Assembly: GCA_963778655.1 (NCBI GenBank)
Contig: CAVZVA010000009.1
Coordinates: 224,001-288,000, forward strand
DNA from: an uncultured delta proteobacterium
GTDB lineage: Bacteria > Myxococcota_A > Polyangia > Polyangiales > JAFGIB01
DNA: 64,000 bases
Reading direction: 5' to 3'
The notes beneath the pieces were generated by a model, which saw nothing but the letters and a program-made list of their open reading frames with translations, did not search any database and was not told the DNA's origin. Position 1 is the stretch's first letter; every line of letters begins with the position of its first letter. A program made the position numbers and the translations under genes. Positions 12,202 to 21,243 of the stretch are shown piece by piece.

Positions 12202-14378
12202 GCCTCCGCGCGCGCGCCTGGTTGCTGCTGCTGGCGGCCGCCGTACCTGCCTGCGCGCGCCGGCCGCTCACCCAGATCGTGGTGATGGTGGACAGCGACT
12301 ATGACGGCTTCGACCGGGTGAAGATCGCGGTCGACGGCTTCGAGAGAGCCGCCAGCGTGACCGCGAAGCTCTCCGATCAGCCGTTGCCGCGCCGAGTCGC
12401 GCTGGTGCACGAGGGCGGTCCGCTCGGTCCGATCGCGGTGACCGTGAGCGCCTTCACCGACAATCGCAGCACTCCGTGGCTGGTCGAGCCCCGCACCAAG
12501 ATCTATTTCCAGAGCGGCAAGACGCTGATGCTCAAGGTCGACCTGCTCTACGACTGCGTCGGCGCCTGTGACGAGGGGCAGGCTTGCGTCGCCGGTCCGA
12601 TCTGCGAGTCGGCCAGCGCTGCAGCCAAGCTCTCGCCCTGGACGGGCGGAGCGCACGCGCTCAATACCGCGTACCACGTCGATGCCGGCGACGTGCTCGG
12701 CGGCTCGAACGACGGCGGACCGGGCGTGGCGCCGATGGGCGACGGCGGCGCCGATGCCGGCGGGCTCGATGCGAACGTGATGCCGCCCGGCGCCGCGGGC
12801 GACGCCGCGGCGGTGCCTCCGGACGCTGCCAATCCGGGGGTCGACGCTGGGCCGGTGATGGCCGCGGCTGTGTTCGCGTATGCGCCGGCCAATTTCGACC
12901 CGCAGGACGCGGCGGTCGCCGCGCTGCCGCGCCAGGACGTGGTGCTCGACTGCGGGACATCCGGCTTCGACTCGAGCGACCTCAGCTTCAGCAACTGGTG
13001 CGGGCCGCAGCCGGCGGCGATGGTGATCAAGCTGGCGGACGGCAGCGACGCGGCTTTGCTGGCGATGAGCACGCTCAGCTTGCGCAGCGGCGCGACGCTG
13101 GCCCTCACCGGCTCGCTTCCGGTCATCATGGCGGTCTACGGCGATGCGCACATCGAGGGCAGCGTGGACGCGAGCGCGCACGGCACGGCTTTGGGTCCGG
13201 GCGCCGATCGCGGCTGCAGCGACGGGGCCGGCTCCAGCGGTCCGGCCGCGACCGGGAACCTGTCCGCGGGCGGAGGCAGCGGCGGCGGCTTCGGCAGCCC
13301 CGGCGGTGCCGGCGGCGCGGGCGGCAGCGGCGGCAGCGCGGTGGGTGGCGGCAAGGCCAACGGCAGCACCACCCTCGAGCCGCTGCGCGGCGGCTGCTCG
13401 GGCGGCCACGGCGGTACCGGTGGCTCGGGCAGCGCAGCGGTCGCGGGCGCGGCCGGTGGTGCGTTGCAGATCTCGGCCGCCGGCAAGCTGTTCGTGCCCG
13501 GCGCGATCAGCGCCAACGGCGGTGGCGGCGGTGCCGCGGCGAGCAATCAATACGGCGGCGGCGGCGGCGGCAGCGGCGGCGCGATCCTGCTCGAAGGCGC
13601 AACCGTGGGCTTGGAGCCGGGCGCGCTGGTGAGCGCCAACGGTGGCTCCGGTGGTGCCGGCCAGCCCTATTCCGGCAGCTCGAACGGCGAGGCCGGCACG
13701 GATGGGATCGCCGGCACCGCGGCCGCGCCGGGCGGCGCCGCCTCGGGCAGCGGTGGTGCCGGCGGTGCGGGCGCGGCGCTCGCCGGTCCGGCCACGGCCG
13801 GCGCGGACGGCAGCTTGGTGTTCACGGTGCACGGCGCCGGCGGCGGCGGCGGCGGCGGCGTGGGCCGCATCGCGGTGCGCCAAGCCAGTAGCTGCGCGTT
13901 CGCCGCGACCTTCAGCCCCTTGCCGGTGGTGAGCTGCGCGAGCTGCGGCGCGTGCCCTGTCGCACCCGCGCTGGGCTGCGCGCTGCTCGACCATCTGGGC
14001 ACGCTGTACTTACAGTGCACGGCCGCCATGTCCTGGCAAAACGCGCGCGCGTCGTGCCAGAACGCAGGTTTCGAGCTCGCCCACGTGCGCAACGCCGTCG
14101 ATAACGAATGGCTCGCGTCCCAGCTCGCAGCCGAGAGCTGGCTCGGGGGTAGCACCGCCGCCGGCAGCAGCAGCTGGAGCTGGATCGACGACGGCAGCGC
14201 GTTCTGGTCCGGTGGATCGAGCGGCGGCGCGGTGGGAGGCGCGTTCACCGCGTGGTCCAGCACCTCTCCGTCCTCGAGCGGCCTGACCAGCAGCCGCTGC
14301 CTGACCCTCGGCAGCGACGCCCAGTGGCGCGATCACTCCTGCAGCAGCAGCTACGCGTACGTGTGCCAGCAGCCGTAG
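12198..14378 (+). CDS. Gly-rich lipoprotein with C-terminal C-type lectin domain
   Basis: ATGA overlap with upstream stop; lipobox LLLAAAVPAC; GGGGGGSGGAILLE repeats; MSWQNARASC..LAHV..WLGG..WSWIDD..C...WRDHSC..YVCQ. Confidence 0.85.
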   Translation: MSLRARAWLLLLAAAVPACARRPLTQIVVMVDSDYDGFDRVKIAVDGFERAASVTAKLSDQPLPRRVALVHEGGPLGPIAVTVSAFTDNRSTPWLVEPRTKIYFQSGKTLMLKVDLLYDCVGACDEGQACVAGPICESASAAAKLSPWTGGAHALNTAYHVDAGDVLGGSNDGGPGVAPMGDGGADAGGLDANVMPPGAAGDAAAVPPDAANPGVDAGPVMAAAVFAYAPANFDPQDAAVAALPRQDVVLDCGTSGFDSSDLSFSNWCGPQPAAMVIKLADGSDAALLAMSTLSLRSGATLALTGSLPVIMAVYGDAHIEGSVDASAHGTALGPGADRGCSDGAGSSGPAATGNLSAGGGSGGGFGSPGGAGGAGGSGGSAVGGGKANGSTTLEPLRGGCSGGHGGTGGSGSAAVAGAAGGALQISAAGKLFVPGAISANGGGGGAAASNQYGGGGGGSGGAILLEGATVGLEPGALVSANGGSGGAGQPYSGSSNGEAGTDGIAGTAAAPGGAASGSGGAGGAGAALAGPATAGADGSLVFTVHGAGGGGGGGVGRIAVRQASSCAFAATFSPLPVVSCASCGACPVAPALGCALLDHLGTLYLQCTAAMSWQNARASCQNAGFELAHVRNAVDNEWLASQLAAESWLGGSTAAGSSSWSWIDDGSAFWSGGSSGGAVGGAFTAWSSTSPSSSGLTSSRCLTLGSDAQWRDHSCSSSYAYVCQQP

Positions 14379-14395
14379 CGCTGCCGAGCCAGGGC

Positions 14396-15238
14396 TCAGG
14401 GCACGAATTCGAACAGGCCGTTGGCGATCGCTTGCTCTCCGGTCTGTGCAACCGTCACCGTGATCGCGGCCTGTCCCGGCTCGGGCAGGCGATAGCCGCG
14501 CACGATCAGCGTGTCGCCCGGCATCACCACCTTGGCGAAGCGCGTCTCGAGCGCGCGAAAGCGCGCGGGCTCGTCTCCGGCCAGCGCCTTGAGCGCCACG
14601 CGTCCGGCGATGCCGTACGAGCACAGCCCGTGCAAGATGGGGCGCTCGAAGCCGGCCTGCTTCGCCACCTCGGGGTGCGAGTGGATGGGGTTGACGTCTC
14701 CGGTCAGTCGATAGAGCAGCGCCTGATCGCGGCTCGTTTGCACGCTGACCTCGAAGTCCGGCTGCGCGTCCTTGGGCGGCTTGGTCCGCAGGCCGCCGGG
14801 CGGCCGCTCGCCCCCGAACCCGCCCTCGCCGCGCAGCAGCAGCTGCCAGGTCGTGCGGCACGCAGGCACGCCGTCGACCTCGGTCTCGGTGTCGACCAGC
14901 GCGAGCGCGCCGACCTTCATGTCCCACAGTCCGCGGATCACCGCGCTGGTGCGCAGCGTGCCGGCGGCGGGGAAGGGCGCGAGCAGCTCGGTCCGCTGCG
15001 CCGTGTGCAGCAGCTGCACCAGGTCCGCGCCCGTGCTGCGCATCGCGGCGAACACCGGCTCGAAGGCCGGAATCACGCCGTAGGTCGGCAGCACCTTGGG
15101 CGGGGGCTGGTCGAGCACGTAGCCGAGGTCGTCGGTTCCAGCGCCCAGCGCCAGCGCGTAGAGCGCGACGTCGCGCCAGTCGTAGTGTCGTTCCGAAGGG
15201 CCGATGCGCCGGCCCGCGCTGCTCATGTCGAGGGTCAT
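14396..15238 (-). CDS. MaoC-family (R)-specific enoyl-CoA hydratase (double hot-dog, MFE-2 type)
   Basis: DVALYALALGA, hydratase-2 motif LYRLTGDVNPIH, RPILHGLCSYG, RFAKVVMPGDTL. Confidence 0.9.
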   Translation of the reverse strand: MTLDMSSAGRRIGPSERHYDWRDVALYALALGAGTDDLGYVLDQPPPKVLPTYGVIPAFEPVFAAMRSTGADLVQLLHTAQRTELLAPFPAAGTLRTSAVIRGLWDMKVGALALVDTETEVDGVPACRTTWQLLLRGEGGFGGERPPGGLRTKPPKDAQPDFEVSVQTSRDQALLYRLTGDVNPIHSHPEVAKQAGFERPILHGLCSYGIAGRVALKALAGDEPARFRALETRFAKVVMPGDTLIVRGYRLPEPGQAAITVTVAQTGEQAIANGLFEFVP

Positions 15239-15544
15239 GGGGTGCGCCTCCGCCGCGCACGCCGCTCCTTGTATCAGACCGCTGGCGGCGGTGGCGCGGG
15301 CTTGGCAGGGGATGCGCGGGGCGCCGCAGCTGGGAAACGGAAGAGCACGGCCACGCCGGGCGGCAAGGTGGGTCTGGAACGCTGGGACCGGCGGGGCCGT
15401 GCTTCCGTACAACTGAGTAACTGAGTTCTTCTGTCCTGTCTAGCAGGGAGGGCGATAAGGTCGTCGCGTGTGGGCACGTGGTGGCCAAGGCCGGCCCCCA
15501 ATTCCCGCGATCGCAGCCAGTTGGCAGGTGTACTCTGCTCCCGC

Positions 15545-16558
15545 ATGATGCGGTGGCCGGCCTTTGCGTGGGCAATCATCGGGGTCGGGGTCGGGCTCGC
15601 CTGGACGGCGCTCGGACCCGCCTGCCCGCGCGCGCGCGCGCAGTCGGTAGCGGTGCTCGCGATCTCGAACGACCACGACGAGCGCGTGGCAACCGACTTC
15701 AACCGCGCGCTGCGCGCGGAGGTCGCCGACGATCCCAGCTGGACGCTCAGTGACTCGCGCGCCTCCTTGTCGCAGATGACGATGGCGCAGGATTGCGACG
15801 TCACGGATGCCGCATGTCAGGGCCGCATCGGCAACGCGCTCCACGTCGATCTCGTCATCTACGGCACGCTCGAACGTGCGGGCGCCAGCTACGAAGCCGA
15901 GCTGCACATGTTTGCGACCGCGGGAGGGCCGCAGCGCGTCGCACGGCGCGCACTGCCCAGCGATGAGACCAGCGGCAAGCAGCTGCGGCGGCACGCCCGC
16001 GCGCTGCTGCAAGAGCTGCGTGACCAGCCAGCCGCAGAGGAAGGCGCGGGGCCGCCACCGGTAGCGACGGTCGCAGCCGACGTCGCGCCCTTGCCGCCGT
16101 CGGCGGTCGACACCAGCGAGCCGCCTGCACACGTGGCGCGCAGCAGCGATGACTGGATCGGCTACACCTTGCTCGGCGTGGCCGGGGTGTCGGTCGGGTT
16201 GACCGTGTTTTCGTGGGCGCAGATCCACAGCGCCGGCAAGGACGAGAGTCTGACTGCCTATCGCAAGGCCGTCGGCACGAGCAATCCGGACGCTAATGAT
16301 GCGTGCGACGAGGCGGACAAGGGCATCCGCTACGGCGTGAGCGCTGCCACCGTGGCCGCGGCGCGCGACGCATGCGGTCGCGGCAAGACCTTCGAGGCCC
16401 TGCAGTACGTGTTCCTCGGTGTGGCGGTGGTGAGCGGCGGCGTCGGCGCCTACTTCTTGCTCAACGACGAAAAGGGACACTCCGCCGACCGGCCGATCGC
16501 CTTCCAGCCGAGTTTCGGCCCGCATGGGGCCGGGCTGCGCGTGAGGCTGCGGCTGTAA
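15545..16558 (+). CDS. Exported protein with two C-terminal hydrophobic helices and terminal amphipathic beta-hairpin (myxobacterial PEGA-partner type)
   Basis: Signal peptide, SVAVLAI..C...DAACQGRIG..VIYGTL domain, WIGYTLLGVAGV and YVFLGVAVVSGGVGAYFLL helices, ends FQPSFGPHGAGLRVRLRL. Confidence 0.75.
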   Translation: MMRWPAFAWAIIGVGVGLAWTALGPACPRARAQSVAVLAISNDHDERVATDFNRALRAEVADDPSWTLSDSRASLSQMTMAQDCDVTDAACQGRIGNALHVDLVIYGTLERAGASYEAELHMFATAGGPQRVARRALPSDETSGKQLRRHARALLQELRDQPAAEEGAGPPPVATVAADVAPLPPSAVDTSEPPAHVARSSDDWIGYTLLGVAGVSVGLTVFSWAQIHSAGKDESLTAYRKAVGTSNPDANDACDEADKGIRYGVSAATVAAARDACGRGKTFEALQYVFLGVAVVSGGVGAYFLLNDEKGHSADRPIAFQPSFGPHGAGLRVRLRL

Positions 16559-16650
16559 GCCTGAGCACCGGCCTGGTCCGGAACGCACGCGGGCTCGGCT
16601 TTTTCGGCGTCGAGCTCGGGCGCGGCCCTGTACAAACGCCCGAAGCGCGG

Positions 16651-16680
16651 ATTACCATATTCAAGTAAGAGTATAGTAAT
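16651..16680. promoter_or_regulatory. AT-rich imperfect inverted repeat, candidate operator
   Basis: ATTACCATAT-N10-GTATAGTAAT (8/10 complementary) in an unusually AT-rich patch just upstream of 16696. Confidence 0.35.
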
Positions 16681-16695
16681 AGTGAAATCTGAGGG

Positions 16696-18423
16696 GTGGT
16701 GACGGTGACCTACTGGAACGATCTGCGGCTCGGTGTGCTTGGCGTGGCGGTCCTGCTGGCCGCGGGCTGCAACCTGAAGTTTCCAGGCCCCCACTTCGGC
16801 ATCGACGTTCCGGATGCGGCCGTGCTGGGCAACTTCGCGGGCAACGGAGCGCTGGGTGGCGATCCGCAGCAACCCGTGCCGGCTTCGCGCGCCGCTCTGG
16901 TGATCGACGCGCCAGTTTCGGTTCAAGGCAGCGCGCCGATCGCCTGCCCGCCCGGTCAAATGGAGGCCGGCGGGTCCTGCCGCCTGCGCACCGGCGTGGC
17001 CAAGCAGTGCCCGGGCGGCGCCAGCGCGTGCGCGGGCGGCCAGTGCTGTGCGCCCGGCTACGCGTGCGGCGCGAGCGGCGCGTGCGAACGCGCGCCGGGC
17101 GGCTCGAGCGTGTCGCAGCCAGGCTTCTGCGCCAGTGGCCAGCTCGTGACCAGCGACGGCAGCAGCTGCCCCGCGATCAACGCGGGCAACGCCAGCGAGC
17201 TGGCTGCGCGCTGCTGCCCCTCGGGCGCGAGCTTGCAGTGCAGCGATCCGAGCGATGCCAGCACCGCGGGCTGCACGCTGCAGTCGCTCGTCACCAGCCC
17301 GTGCCCGACCGGCTACCAGGCATTGACCGACGGCGTGACCAACGCGATGGCCTGCTGCCCGGCCGGGGGCGGCAGCGTGCAACTGGCCAACGGCGTGTGC
17401 TGGTACTTCGATCAGGTGTCGCCCCAGTGCGCCGGCACGGTCGATGCGACCACCGGCGCCTGCTGCGCTGGGCAGCTGACCAGCGATGGCGGCTGCTGCG
17501 CGCCGGGTCATGCCGCGTGCGGCTCGGGTTGCTGCGAGAGCGGTGAGCTGTGCGACGCGGCGAGCGGGCAGTGTCAAGCGCAGGTGCCCGCGCAGGTCGC
17601 GTCGTGTCCAGCGCAGGCGCCGGTCGACTGCTCGAGCAGCGGTGGACAGTGTTGCCCGGTCGATTCCAGCTGCATGCCCGACGGAACCTGCTCCTGCCCG
17701 GCCAGCACGCCGGTCGACTGCGGCGGATTCTGTGCGGCGAGCGCTCAACAGTGCAGCTGCCCGCCTGACCACCCGGAGGCGTGCGGCGCCTCCTGCTGTC
17801 TCGGCGGTGGTTGCTTCGGCGGCGCCGGGTCGGGCAGCTGCGGCTGCCCCTCGGGCACGACCAGCTGCGGCGACAATTGCTGCCCGGCCAGCGCGCAGTG
17901 CCAGGACGGCCAGTGCCTGGCCTGCCCGAGCGATGCGCCCACGTTGTGCGGCACCAACTGCTGTGCACAGAACGAGATGTGCGTGGGGGGTCAGTGCGTG
18001 GGCTGCACCAGCGACGCGCCGATCGCGTGTGGCTCGAGCTGCTGCCGGCTGGGCGACAGCTGCAGCGGTGGAGTGTGCGTGCCACCGCCGGGAGCGAGCG
18101 CGGGATCTGCGGGCGCGTCGGGGCCCGACCTGGGCGGCGCCGGCGCTGGCGCTGGCGGAGACGATCGCAGCGGCGGCAGCGGCGGCGTTGCTGGCAGCGG
18201 CGGCGGCGGCGTGCCGGGCAGCGAGGGCGGCAGCTCGTGCATGCCCGTGCCCGCGGCCTGCTCGGACTGCAGTGTGACCGCGTGCGCGTCGGTCACTGGA
18301 TCGGGTAGCTGCCAGAGTTGGTATGACACCAGCGACGGCCAGCGCTTCTCGTGCGCGGGCTGCGGCGACTGTACCTCGGCCGCCGAGAACGCGGTGCTGC
18401 ACTGCTGCCCCGTGCACCTGTGA
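16696..18423 (+). CDS. Cys-rich repeat lipoprotein
   Basis: Lipobox VLLAAGC; repeats CP-x4-6-CG-x2-CC-x5-C-x4-C (CPPDHPEACGASCC, CPSGTTSCGDNCC, CPSDAPTLCGTNCC, CTSDAPIACGSSCC); Gly linker; small Cys C-terminal domain. Start uncertain. Confidence 0.8.
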   Translation: MVTVTYWNDLRLGVLGVAVLLAAGCNLKFPGPHFGIDVPDAAVLGNFAGNGALGGDPQQPVPASRAALVIDAPVSVQGSAPIACPPGQMEAGGSCRLRTGVAKQCPGGASACAGGQCCAPGYACGASGACERAPGGSSVSQPGFCASGQLVTSDGSSCPAINAGNASELAARCCPSGASLQCSDPSDASTAGCTLQSLVTSPCPTGYQALTDGVTNAMACCPAGGGSVQLANGVCWYFDQVSPQCAGTVDATTGACCAGQLTSDGGCCAPGHAACGSGCCESGELCDAASGQCQAQVPAQVASCPAQAPVDCSSSGGQCCPVDSSCMPDGTCSCPASTPVDCGGFCAASAQQCSCPPDHPEACGASCCLGGGCFGGAGSGSCGCPSGTTSCGDNCCPASAQCQDGQCLACPSDAPTLCGTNCCAQNEMCVGGQCVGCTSDAPIACGSSCCRLGDSCSGGVCVPPPGASAGSAGASGPDLGGAGAGAGGDDRSGGSGGVAGSGGGGVPGSEGGSSCMPVPAACSDCSVTACASVTGSGSCQSWYDTSDGQRFSCAGCGDCTSAAENAVLHCCPVHL

Positions 18424-18477
18424 CGGTTCCCCAGGGGCACGGGTGGGCGAGCCGACGGACGCTCGGCTCAATCGGGC

Positions 18478-18840
18478 TCAGTTGACGGACCAGTCGCCGC
18501 CACTTCCGCGCTTGGCCTTGCCCGGCGGCGCGAACACGTGGCTCCAGTTGTGGCGGTAGCGCCGGTTCGAGACGCGCGCCGGTCCGTTTCGGGGATGGGT
18601 TTCGGTCTCGCGCTGCGGGGCGTGGAGCACCTCGACCTCGCACACCGGCGAGCGCGCGTGCAACGGGTGCAGGCGCACCAGCTCCTGCTTGCCCAGGGGC
18701 TGGCCCTCTCGCACCGGGCGCAGCTCACCGGCCGAGAGCTCGCCTTGCTTGAGCCGCAGCATGCGCGCGCCCTTTCCGTCCTCGGTCGGGCCAGCGAGGA
18801 TCGCCAGATCCTTCGGCGGTCGCGGGTTGCGTCGCTTCAC
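18478..18840 (-). CDS. Hypothetical protein
   Basis: GTG start after GAGGAG; 120 aa, protein-like composition, fits between convergent/divergent neighbours. Confidence 0.65.
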   Translation of the reverse strand: MKRRNPRPPKDLAILAGPTEDGKGARMLRLKQGELSAGELRPVREGQPLGKQELVRLHPLHARSPVCEVEVLHAPQRETETHPRNGPARVSNRRYRHNWSHVFAPPGKAKRGSGGDWSVN

Positions 18841-18946
18841 GCGCTCCTCATCCTTACATAGCCAGCCGTGGCCGGATTGTCCACCGCGCGCGGCGTGGTT
18901 GCAGGCGTGCCCGCGCTCCGCTACTGCTCCGACTCGGGCTTGGTCG

Positions 18947-19777
18947 ATGACAGTCTACACCGAGGACGAGCTCGCGCGTTTCCGCGGTGTGCAGCGGACG
19001 GCGTATCGCTGCGTCGAGGCGCTCGAGCGCGAGCTGCGGCCCGGCATCAGTGAGAGACAGCTGGCGGCCATGATGCGCGCGTGGCTCGGCGACCACGGCA
19101 TCCGCGAGTATTTTCACGCGCCCTTCGCCTGGTTCGGCGATCGCACCAGCTTCACGGGGATCCGCCGGCCGCGGCAGCTTTCTCCCGGCTCGCGGCGGCT
19201 TCAGCCCGGAATGCCCGTGATCATGGACGCGGGACCGGCGCGCGACGGCTACTCGGCCGACATCGGCTATAGCTGCTGCCTGGGCGACAACCCGATCCTG
19301 CGCAAGCTGCAGGACGACCTGCAGGCCTACCGCGTGCTGATCGTGCAGCTGGTGCGGCAGGGCAAGACGGCGCGGGAGATCTACCAAGAGGTCGACCGGC
19401 TCGCGGCGCGCCAGGGTTACCAGAACCGCCACCAGGTCTACCCGCAGCATGTGCTCGCCCACAAAGTGTTCCGGATGGAGCCCTCGCCGTGGTTGCAGCG
19501 TGTGGAGCTGGGCGGCTTCGGCCTGCGCGCGCTGCAGGGGCTCGGCCGCGCGGCCGGGCGCGCGCGGTTGGGCGCCCGGCGCGAGTGGCCGTTCTGGAAC
19601 GCCGACGCGCTGTCGGACGTGGCGATCCAGCCGGGGCTGTGGGCGGTCGAGCCGCACCTGGGCTGCGGCCCGATCGGCGCCAAGTGGGAGGAGCTGCTGG
19701 TGGTCACCGAGCACGACGCGTATTGGCTCGACGACGACCTGCCGCACGTCCGGCGCTGGGCGTCCGCGTCGGCGTAG
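18947..19777 (+). CDS. M24-family metallopeptidase (catalytic domain only)
   Basis: LRPGISE, MDAGPARDGYSADIG, LAHKV, VEPHL, KWEELLVVT: the D,D,H,E,E metal ligand pattern. Confidence 0.85.
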   Translation: MTVYTEDELARFRGVQRTAYRCVEALERELRPGISERQLAAMMRAWLGDHGIREYFHAPFAWFGDRTSFTGIRRPRQLSPGSRRLQPGMPVIMDAGPARDGYSADIGYSCCLGDNPILRKLQDDLQAYRVLIVQLVRQGKTAREIYQEVDRLAARQGYQNRHQVYPQHVLAHKVFRMEPSPWLQRVELGGFGLRALQGLGRAAGRARLGARREWPFWNADALSDVAIQPGLWAVEPHLGCGPIGAKWEELLVVTEHDAYWLDDDLPHVRRWASASA

Positions 19778-19845
19778 GCCTTTGTCGGAACCGCCGAGGG
19801 CGCGGCCCCTTGACGGGAGCGCCGCCGCTTGCCAGGTAGAGCGAC

Positions 19846-20502
19846 GTGGCAGAACCGAGTGATCTCTATTTCCGGCAGCTGGCCGTGGGGCCGATGCAGA
19901 ACTTCATCTATCTGATCGGCAGCCAGCGCACGCGCGAGTGCCTGGTGGTCGACCCGGCCTGGGACAGCGCGGGACTGATCGAGTTCGCCCAGAAAGAGCA
20001 GATGCGCGTGGTCGGCGCGCTGGTCTCGCACTACCACCCCGACCACGTGGGCGGGCGCATGGGTCCGTTCGCGGTACCGGGCGGCATCACCGAGCTGATC
20101 TCGGCGCTCCCGGTCCACATCCACGTCAACAAGCACGAGGCCGACGGCTTGATCAAGATTACCGGCGCCAGCGAGAGCGATCTCGTGCGGCACGACTCGG
20201 GTGACGTGCTCGAGGTCGGCGACGTCGCGATCGAGCTGATCCACACGCCTGGACACACGCCCGGCAGCCAGTGCTTCCTGGTGCGGGACCGGCTGGTGAC
20301 CGGCGATACCCTGTTCGTCGACGGCTGCGGGCGAGTCGACCTTCCGGGCGGCGATGCCGCCCAGCTCCGCGAGAGCCTGCGCATGCTGGCCAAGCTGCCC
20401 GATGCGGTCACGGTGTGCCCGGGCCACGACTACGGCCGCACCCCGACCAACACGATGGCCGAGCAGAGGCGCAGCAACTGGGTGCTGATCGAAGCGGTGT
20501 GA
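19846..20502 (+). CDS. MBL-fold hydrolase, glyoxalase II-like
   Basis: GPMQNFIYLI, SHYHPDHVGG, HTPGHTPG, GDTLFVDGCGR, PGHDY. Confidence 0.9.
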   Translation: MAEPSDLYFRQLAVGPMQNFIYLIGSQRTRECLVVDPAWDSAGLIEFAQKEQMRVVGALVSHYHPDHVGGRMGPFAVPGGITELISALPVHIHVNKHEADGLIKITGASESDLVRHDSGDVLEVGDVAIELIHTPGHTPGSQCFLVRDRLVTGDTLFVDGCGRVDLPGGDAAQLRESLRMLAKLPDAVTVCPGHDYGRTPTNTMAEQRRSNWVLIEAV

Positions 20503-20544
20503 GCGGCGGCGACGCGTGCGCTCGCCGGTGATAGAGTCCGGCGC

Positions 20545-21243
20545 GTGGCGGAGGCCGAGATCACGCGCAGAGCGCGCGCGGTGGGCGAGCGCCTGGCGCG
20601 CGCGCTGCCGGATGCACGCTGCGAGCTCGTCCACGAGAACGCGTGGCAGCTGCTGGTCGCGACCATCCTCAGCGCCCAGAGCACCGATGCCCGCGTCAAT
20701 CAGGTGGCGCCGGCGCTGTTCCGGCGCTTCCCCAACGCAGCCGCGCTCGGCGCCGCTGCGCTGCCAGAGGTGGAGCAGCTGGTACGCTCGACCGGTTTCT
20801 TCCGCAACAAGGCCAAGGCGATCGTGGGGGCCAGCCGCATGCTCGCCGAGCGTCACGGCGGCCGCGTGCCGCGCTCGCTCGACGCGCTGGTCGAGCTGCC
20901 GGGCGTGGCGCGCAAGACCGCCAACGTCGTGCTCGGCACCGCCTACGGTCTGCCGAGCGGGATCGTCGTCGACACGCACGTGGGCCGCGTCGCGCGCAAG
21001 CTCGGGCTCACCACGCAGAGCGATCCGGTGAAGGTCGAACGCGATCTGTGCGCGCTGTTTCCGAGCTCGCAGTGGATCGCCATCGGGCAGCGACTGGTGT
21101 TACACGGCCGCTACGTGTGCCTGGCGAAGAAACCGGACTGCGCGCATTGTCCGCTCAACGAGCTGTGTCCGAGCGCCGCGGCCGAGCCCGAGGGCAGCGT
21201 CGCGGCGCGCGCCGCTGCGGAGCGCAAGAAGGTGTCGCCATGA
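20545..21243 (+). CDS. nth: Endonuclease III
   Basis: [39 protein letters not shown], Fe-S motif [17 protein letters not shown]. Confidence 0.95.
   Translation: MAEAEITRRARAVGERLARALPDARCELVHENAWQLLVATILSAQSTDARVNQVAPALFRRFPNAAALGAAALPEVEQLVRSTGFFRNKAKAIVGASRMLAERHGGRVPRSLDALVELPGVARKTANVVLGTAYGLPSGIVVDTHVGRVARKLGLTTQSDPVKVERDLCALFPSSQWIAIGQRLVLHGRYVCLAKKPDCAHCPLNELCPSAAAEPEGSVAARAAAERKKVSP

Noticed and set aside
16649..16680. AT-rich patch as a dif site
   Set aside because: No match to the XerD arm TTATGTTAAAT or the 11-6-11 layout.
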